NCBI GenBank assembly: GCA_947085205.1
Contig: CAMTVO010000037.1
Location: 1-61,482, forward strand
DNA: 61,482 bases
Direction of reading: 5' to 3'
Origin: an uncultured Nitrospiraceae bacterium
Lineage (GTDB): Bacteria > Nitrospirota > Thermodesulfovibrionia > Thermodesulfovibrionales > Dissulfurispiraceae
Positions 60,753 to 61,482 of this stretch are shown here, one piece after another. A model generated the notes under the pieces. It worked only from the letters and a program-made list of their open reading frames with translations, was not told where the DNA came from and made no database searches. The position numbers and the translations under genes were made by a program. The first letter of the stretch is position 1. Each line of letters starts with the position of its first letter.

Positions 60753-61115
60753 CAAAGACTCCTAAAACAATCAGAAGAAATTAACAAGGTGATAAAAGAC
60801 TCAGATGAGCTAAAGAGGACATATAAAAAACTATTGGAAAGCGGCAGACTTATTCCAGTGGGATTTAACCCGATTGAACTTGAAAAAAGGGCTTCAGATT
60901 TAAAGATTGAAAGGGTTGCAATAGCGCAGGCGCTTAAGAGACCAAAGGGTGTTGAAATGATAGAAAAACCTTATATTCTAAAAAATCCAGTCAAGCCAAG
61001 TATAAAGAAGAATATAGCCCTCGCAGGCATTACAAGCCTTTTTGCAGGGATATTCTTAGCATTTTTTATGGAATATATTGGAAAAATAAGAAAGAAGATA
61101 GGAGGGCAACCATGA
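60753..61115 (+). pseudogene. Wzz-like chain-length regulator, C-terminal half
   Basis: Frame opens QRLLKQSEEINKVIKD..., continuing the 54945-55412 fragment; PVKP + C-terminal TM (LAFFMEY). Confidence 0.78.
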
Positions 61116-61387
61116 AGAAGGTATTGGTATTATCTCTGGCAGTATTATTATTGATTGTTCCCTTTATTGTTTATGGAGGAGAAAAGATAGATATAAACAA
61201 TGCTACTGTAGAAGAACTCATGAAGTTGCCGGGTATAGGGGCAGTAATTGCAGAGAGGATTGTTAAGTACAGGGAAGCCAACGGAGGGTTCAAAAGCATA
61301 GAAGAGCTAAAGAAGGTAAAAGGCATAGGCAATGCAAAATTAGACAAGATAAAAGACATGGTTACCGCGGGTGAGATGAAGAGATAG
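61112..61387 (+). CDS. ComEA-like helix-hairpin-helix DNA-binding protein
   Basis: Signal peptide; IDINNAT.EEL..LPGIG...A..IV.YR...G.F.S.EEL..VKGIG. Confidence 0.9.
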   Translation: MKKVLVLSLAVLLLIVPFIVYGGEKIDINNATVEELMKLPGIGAVIAERIVKYREANGGFKSIEELKKVKGIGNAKLDKIKDMVTAGEMKR

Positions 61388-61482
61388 CAGGCTTTGTGGA
61401 GGACGACCTTTTCTTTGTAAAAGAACAGGAATTCTAACATCAAGAAAAAAGCACAGTCAGAATGAGGAAATTATGAAATTAT

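Noticed and set aside
61473..61482. Start of a further CDS (ATGAAATTAT after GAGG)
   Set aside because: Only 10 nt visible; cannot be called.

Overview
A 61.5 kb, roughly 40% GC bacterial chromosomal segment. Gene content and protein style suggest an anaerobic Nitrospirota (Thermodesulfovibrionia-like) or deltaproteobacteria-like organism; this is inference, not a database result. It opens with an IS3-family element ending 10 bp from the 3' end of tRNA-Val(GAC). About 50 kb of mostly housekeeping genes follow: nadA, rplU-rpmA-obgE-proB, glyQS, a DEAD-box helicase, TPP riboswitch-thiSGEC, class II RNR, pdxJ-acpS, etfBA-fabD-mdh-ndk-ubiD-like-greB, 6S RNA-rny-ymdB-osmC, hflX-radical SAM-hemE-purN-rsmD-coaD, rarA, pncB, nifU-nifS and MacB-type permeases. 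It ends in the start of a surface-polysaccharide locus: two MNT-HEPN toxin-antitoxin pairs, a wHTH regulator, a UpxY-like NusG paralogue, wzi, an SLBB exporter, wzz/GumC and comEA. The most interesting signals lie outside the ORF track. (1) A repeated hairpin plus GGCGGAGCA(G/T)TG element resembles JUMPstart/ops and sits exactly at the cassette junctions of the polysaccharide locus. (2) A wzz-like gene is split into two halves 5.3 kb apart with a 26-bp duplication. (3) A ~210-nt long-hairpin RNA candidate lies in tandem with 6S RNA. (4) Heptamer micro-arrays of unrelated sequence are pervasive and enter conserved enzymes in frame. (5) hflX probably starts at ATC. (6) An integron-cassette (attC) remnant is fused to pdxJ. 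(7) Several MITE-like palindromic elements are present.
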